DNA of 64,000 nt. It comes from Flaccisagitta enflata. Lineage: Eukaryota. This document shows, one piece after another, positions 58,239 to 64,000 of the stretch. The notes beneath the pieces are model-generated. The model searched no databases. It was not told the DNA's origin and saw only the letters and a program-made list of their open reading frames with translations. The stretch covers positions 24,056,001 through 24,120,000 of the forward strand of contig OZ231126.1 of the NCBI GenBank assembly GCA_965153355.1, written 5' to 3'. Position 1 is the stretch's first letter. Each line of letters opens with the position of its first letter. A program made the translations under genes and the position numbers.

Positions 58239-61200
58239 CTTTTTCTCTTTATCTGTTTTGCCTCTGTTTGCCCCTTTGCTTTTGCTTATCTTTTCTTCTC
58301 TGTCGGCTCCAAGTTCCAACTTATCTCTGTGCCCTTTTTTTTCTTTTTCCAAATCCCAAGCTGCTTTATATCGCGCACGATCATTTCTCTTTCTTTTTTT
58401 CTGTATTTTCAAAGATTCTGTATAGCTCGGTACAGTTGGAACCAAACGCTGAGCACAAAATATGAATAATAAGCACTTTCAAAACGACGACGTACAAGTT
58501 TCAAAAGAATGCCATATCAATCTAACAAGATACAAAATTTTCGGGTTGTTATCCTGAACAAAGCATGCATTGATTCTGAATTGCTTTGTTTTCACTACAT
58601 TCGCTGTAGAACTGAATGGCATCTTTACTGTTTAAAACTGCGATGACTCTACTAGCCATGAACATTACAATAGGAAAAAGAATCCCTTTCTCAACCCATT
58701 TTTATAGTCTGATTTGATATCAGTTGTCAGTCAGTTTAGACACTCCGTCTGTCTCTCTTGCTATTTGTATATCAGTCTCTCTGTTTGAATGTCTGTCCAA
58801 GTGTGTGTCGGTTTTCGATTTCTCTCTCTGTCTCTCTGTCGGTGCTTCCATCTCTCCGTTCCTCACACTCTCCTCTTTCCCTACACCCATACAACCCCCC
58901 GCCCCACCCACCCCCCCCTATTCCCTCTTTACCGCCTCTTCTTTCTGTTCACCCTCTCTCGCACCCAGTCTCGTACTCAGTCTCTTTTTTTCCCAAGCAG
59001 AATTCATTTTCTATGCTTGTCGCGTTTGTTCCTTTACAAAATGTTGGTGCCTCGGCTTTGGGCGCTCCAACGCAGATTTTTCTTTGTCAAAATTCCATTC
59101 GACTTTTGTTCGCATTTTCTCTTCGGCGCCGCCGACGTCGCCTCTTTTTTCTTTCTCCGCCTTCTCCTCCTTCTCTTACTCACCCTTCAACATTTTCTCC
59201 TTCTTCCCCTTCTCTTACTCACCCCTCAACATTTTCTCCTTCTCCTTCTCTTTCTCTCCCTCTTTCTTCTTACCCTTCTTTCCCCGTTCTTCACCACGTC
59301 TCCGTTTTCTTCATCTTGCTTCCCTTTACCCTCAATCCCCTTTTGTATTTCTTCTGACTTTTTTTATTCTCCCAGGCTTTGACTGACCCCTCTCTCCTTA
59401 ACACTAAATTTTTGCCATCTTATCCACTGTCTAAATGATAGATATTTGCATTGCATATTTGTAAAAGAAAAGGGTAGAGACAGAGAAACAGAGAGAAGAA
59501 ATAAAGAGAGAAGATAGAAGATGAAAACAAGCAGACTATAGAAGACAAAAAAAGGATCTTCGCCGATGTAACTGTGAAATGCACTCGAAGTGCTCGCGAG
59601 AAAAAAGATGAAGATCAGGGGTGGAGTCACGGTAACCCACATGTGCGACCAGGCCTCAAAATCAGATTTTATGTGATTGCGCATGAGGGATGACGTTTTC
59701 TGTGACTGTGAGAATAGAGTATAGGTGAGCATAACAGAATGTCCCTGAAACAAATCCATAGCTGATCAAGTATCTCGAGATAAATGTGAATAGGCGTAGA
59801 CGACTGAACAACGGATAAGATTACTTGCTATCAACGGAAGGCTAAACGTGACGTCATAACGTTGTACTGTAAATTGTTGGCTGCCCTTTGCCGATTATCC
59901 ATTCAGCGTTACTGAATCTCACTACACAGCTTACCAGGGGGTTGTTATGAATATAAATCAATTCAAATGGATGTGAACCACCAACATCCAACATCCAACA
60001 TCCCCCTTCTCTCCCAAGAATGGAAAAGAAATACCAAGGTGTAGCGTGAGTTGGCTTAGTTTTCTGTCGCCCTCTCACGGCTTACGTGCCGTCATGGAAA
60101 GTTGGATACATGAGAACACACACATGAGAGAGGCCAATCCTGCCGTGCGGCCAATCCTACCGCGCGGCCGCGAGGAATCGAGGGCCCTCTCCGGCGGCCG
60201 ATGGTAGGTCGGCCGGTATAGCGCACTCTACATCGGCTGGCGAAGCGCCCTCTACATCGGCCGGTAAAAGCGCCCTTAACAGCGGCCGGCAAAGCGGCCT
60301 CTATCGTCCTTCTGTTTCACTAATTGCTTATTTTCCACGATAATTCGAATCGGCGACAAATCTGCCGACGTGGACGGAATTTCCGCTCAACAAAACCAAA
60401 CTCAAACCAACCAAGAATAAAAAGACAGAAAAGAAAGAGAAGCTGCCGACCTAAGCTTAAGCCTAAGCTTAAGCGCCGGATGATCTTTTTTCCTTATTAT
60501 TTGAATATAGGAAACATTCGGACAAAAGAAAGAAAAAACAGACTGCCAGCAGAGTGCATTCGACCACCGGGGTTTACTGGCTCTGACAATGTCAATAAGT
60601 AATCATATTTAGTTAGGACGGTAATGGTTGAACAGGTCGGAACAGGATTGTAAGACTCACATAAGCAAAAACCGTTTGCTATCAAGTGCTTCCACCCTCG
60701 ATGGTTTTTTTTTTCTTTTTTTGCTACAGTACAGTTTAGTCGACAATGTCCAAACTTGTGAAGGGAAAAACATTCACTTCCAATTTGAGATTTCTTCCAT
60801 CCATGTCCTTGATTTAAACATGGCACGCATGAGGATTCGACGGACGGTCATATTTTGCTACCACTCTCCTCTCCTATCCAAGCATTGCAATCGAGAACTT
60901 CTCGTGCGAGGTTAGCAAGATGCCCTTTGCCCCTTGCAAGATCTTGCTCCTATCGTTGCGTGAGAGGTCAACGAGGGCAAATCTAAGAAAGCATTTATCG
61001 CAAAATTTCATTGTTGCGTCATCCAACCGCCTTTGGGAAAAACTTAGATGTGGAATTTGGTCTCCCAAAATCATATTTTTTTCTTCTTATATTGTAAGTA
61101 CAACATGTACTAGATGAGCAAATGGACTTGGCAATGGACAGATAGATTAAAACAGAAAGAAAGACAGACACGCAAGAAAAGAAACAGACAAATGAAGTCA

Positions 61201-61278
61201 AATAGGCAGAAAAAGTTGGAATGTTGCGGTGTGGGCCCCCCACCGTACAAAGCAGGAGGTTTTTTCAGCTCTTTTTCT

Positions 61279-61379
<101 letters not shown>

Positions 61380-62947
61380 CTTTCCTCGTACGCAAAAAGT
61401 CCCCCACACCTTATTTGGTATTCCGATGATTCTTTTGCGATCATGTATCAAATGCCAGAAAATGTCTGCCGCTTTTATCAAAGCCTTCAGATTTCAACGT
61501 TGATATATTCGTTACTCTTTCACGGGCACCTAAAGGGGGGGGGGGTTCAAACGGAGAAAGAGTTGTGGTATGGTTGGTAAAATAAACCATCAAAGGGCCT
61601 CACATGGAAAAGTGTGTGGTTGGAGAAAGAAGGCATGGGGAAAGGAGAAGCGTGAGAGGTGTAGTGAGGGTGAAAGTGATTGACACTCATCTGCAATTCA
61701 TGATCATTTTTATAGAATGCTAAAATCTCAAACAAAACAAAGCTGTATCAAATGATATTGGCTCATTTGGTTGAATTTCAAAAATGCTTTAGATTGTTTC
61801 CATAGATATGATAAAGGCTAATCAGCACAGTTCAAAATGAGAATACTACAGCTTTCTGCTTTCATTTAAATTAAAGTTTTCCTTTTTAGTTGAAAATATT
61901 TCATCACCTAGTTTAAAGGCATTAAAGTCTTATTCAAATGATCTGAAGCTATCTGCAATGGTAGCTTTTCTTTTTTGGGCTTTGAAATATTGGAGAATGG
62001 ACACTGAAAGGCCAAAAAAGCCAAAAAATCTGTGGAGAATACAGCACCAAAACCTACTAGTCAGACCAATGGACCAACTAAAAGACAAATCAACAGCGCG
62101 ATCAATGGGCAAGGCTTTGTGTGGTGCCACTGGCGTGAGAGTAAAGAGAAAGAGAAATGGCAGCCATAGATTTTCTTGTGTTTTGGACAGTTCTTTTATT
62201 CCGTGAAAACAGAACCCAAACACAAAGAAGACAAATTTCACGATTTTCTCCTTTCTTTTATTCTCACCGTTTTCCCCCTTTTCCGTACGTTTGCATCCAT
62301 TTTTTCTTTCTTTTTTTCCTTTCTTTCTTTCGTTTCGATCCAGTATGTCTTTTCTACTTTTCTACCAATTCAATTATTACTCAATTTAGGAGATATAAAG
62401 CTCTACTACCTTGGAAATAAATATACGGACAGCTGGAGAAAAGTTAGCCTTTTCACTCACTGAATGAAATATATGCCCAAATCATAAAATTTTTAGTCAT
62501 TATATGGTATTTTGATCTATCAAGAGCTTCTGTTCTGACTTTTCATGGGATTCGTCTATGATTTATCATCTTGAATCCGTGTATCTTTTGCCTCTCAAAA
62601 AGCAAAAAAAAAAAAAAATCCTCAATTTTTTTAACAATCAAAAAATTTGTCAAAAATGTGATCTATTGAGATCAAGCACAATGATTTTGCTCAATCCGTT
62701 TAGATTTGAGAGCTATTTCAATGGAGGTTGTCCTTTGAAGATATGAACTGAAAACCTCTAAATTAGATTTTGGTAAAATGACAGTTTTCTTCAAAACCCT
62801 CTCATTTGGAAACGGATTGAGCTACCAAGCTCTGCTTGGTCTTGAATGGAAGATTTTTTGTCATAGTCTATGGATCTGCTTTCATTGTTTTATTGGATTT
62901 GAAAGTTTAGCTGCTATAATGATGGTTTGGTGTCCGTATATTTATTT

Positions 62948-63023
62948 CCTAACTCTAACTCATACCTTACCCTAACCCTAACCCATACCGTACCCCTAAC
63001 ACCACCCCTAAACCCAACCCTAA
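62948..63023 (-). repeat. Degenerate (CCCTAA)n tract
   Basis: CCCTAA units plus variants. Confidence 0.65.
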
Positions 63024-63102
63024 TCTTGATTTGGTTATTTCAATTGTCATGATTGTCTTTTGAACTTGCGGCATGTTTTTTTTTCTTCCTATCATTTCGT
63101 TG

Positions 63103-63305
63103 AACAAGGCCGGATACACGGCTACCCCAGTCGCGTGTGGCTTAGCAGGAGCAGTGCTGGAGGTCATTAGGGCATTTGGGCAGGAGCAGTAAGCTCGAAA
63201 AGCTCAAAAACGCCGAAAAAGTGAAAAGGGGACCAACCGACCAGCCTACCGACCGACCGACCGACATAGTGGGGTGTAGAGTCGCTTAGCACGCGACTAA
63301 AAAAA
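63103..63305 (-). mobile_element. HINE-like element, family 1
   Basis: AACAAGGCCGGATACACGGC ... (CCGA)n ... AGTCGCTTAGCACGCGACTAAAA. Confidence 0.78.
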
Positions 63306-64000
63306 GATTCTTCCTTCATATCAAATTCCCATCCAAATAACCGTCAATCGTTTTTTCCAAGTTCATTTTTTATTCAATTTTGAGCCCAAAGTGAAAAATT
63401 ATAAGTTCCAAAGACGACTTTTTGTTCGTGACAGTCTTTTGACAGTGGGTATAAATCTCGAGGACTCTTCTTGCTAGTTTTAACGAAAATAAATGGCTTC
63501 TTCTTGAGAATTTGATATCTCGAGATTCGAGAGGTCGATCTCAGTTTTTCTGATCTTGATGCTATCGCTCTGTTTTTTTTTTACTGAATCGTTCAAACAA
63601 GACTGGCTGCTGGGATCTTTCTTTCTTTCATCTCTTGTTTCTCATGTCTTAATCGTCCTTGCTAAATGTTTACCTCAAATATGACCCGGATGTAAGTGAA
63701 AGAATTTGTAAAAGATTTAATGCTTAACTCATCCGGCAAACAAACTACCTCTTATTTATCTACTTCCAAGTATCGATTTGAAATGTTAGCCGTTTGTACG
63801 CTTGTCTGATCTAACTTCCAGTCTCTCTGTCTGTCTGTCTTTCTGTTTTTCTGTCTGTCTGTCTGTATCTCAGTCCGTCGGTCTTTCAATTTGTGGGTCA
63901 AACGCTTGTCTGTCTCTCTTTCTCTCTGTCCCTCTTCCTCTCTATCTGTGTGTCAGACGCTTGTCCGTCTGTAAAACTGTATGTTCTTCTGTCCGTCAAT

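Overview
Eukaryotic (animal-like), microsatellite-rich, repeat-dominated window with no host protein-coding gene I can recognise; most ORFs in the track are microsatellite read-throughs. The centre is a 13.2-kb BEL/Pao (Belpaoviridae) LTR retrotransposon (9677-22863, +) inserted in a (GA)n tract. It has near-identical ~0.92-kb LTRs, a frameshifted gag-pol (long poly-Q N-terminus, triple zinc knuckle, PR, RT, RNase H, open integrase), no TGG-type PBS, and an extra ~2.1-kb non-env coding region after the integrase, surrounded by splice-site-like signals. A second, inverted copy (26395-33639, -) is circularly permuted around a single LTR and lacks RT/RNase H, part of the integrase core and the extra ORF. 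It sits exactly between two direct copies of a ~3.5-kb host segment (A 6668-26386, B 33640-37085). B supplies the empty or near-empty sites for four insertions in A: a GG-terminated 8-bp-TSD DNA element, the BEL element, a TA-flanked MITE and a HINE. Elsewhere there are about 11 DINE-1/HINE-like elements, a second HINE-like family, a nested hAT MITE, a second TA MITE, minisatellites and two E-box/CRE clusters. Caveat: the indel-rich divergence of the retrotransposon interiors resembles long-read error, so the frameshifts, the second copy and the A/B duplication need read-level confirmation. All alignments were done by eye.
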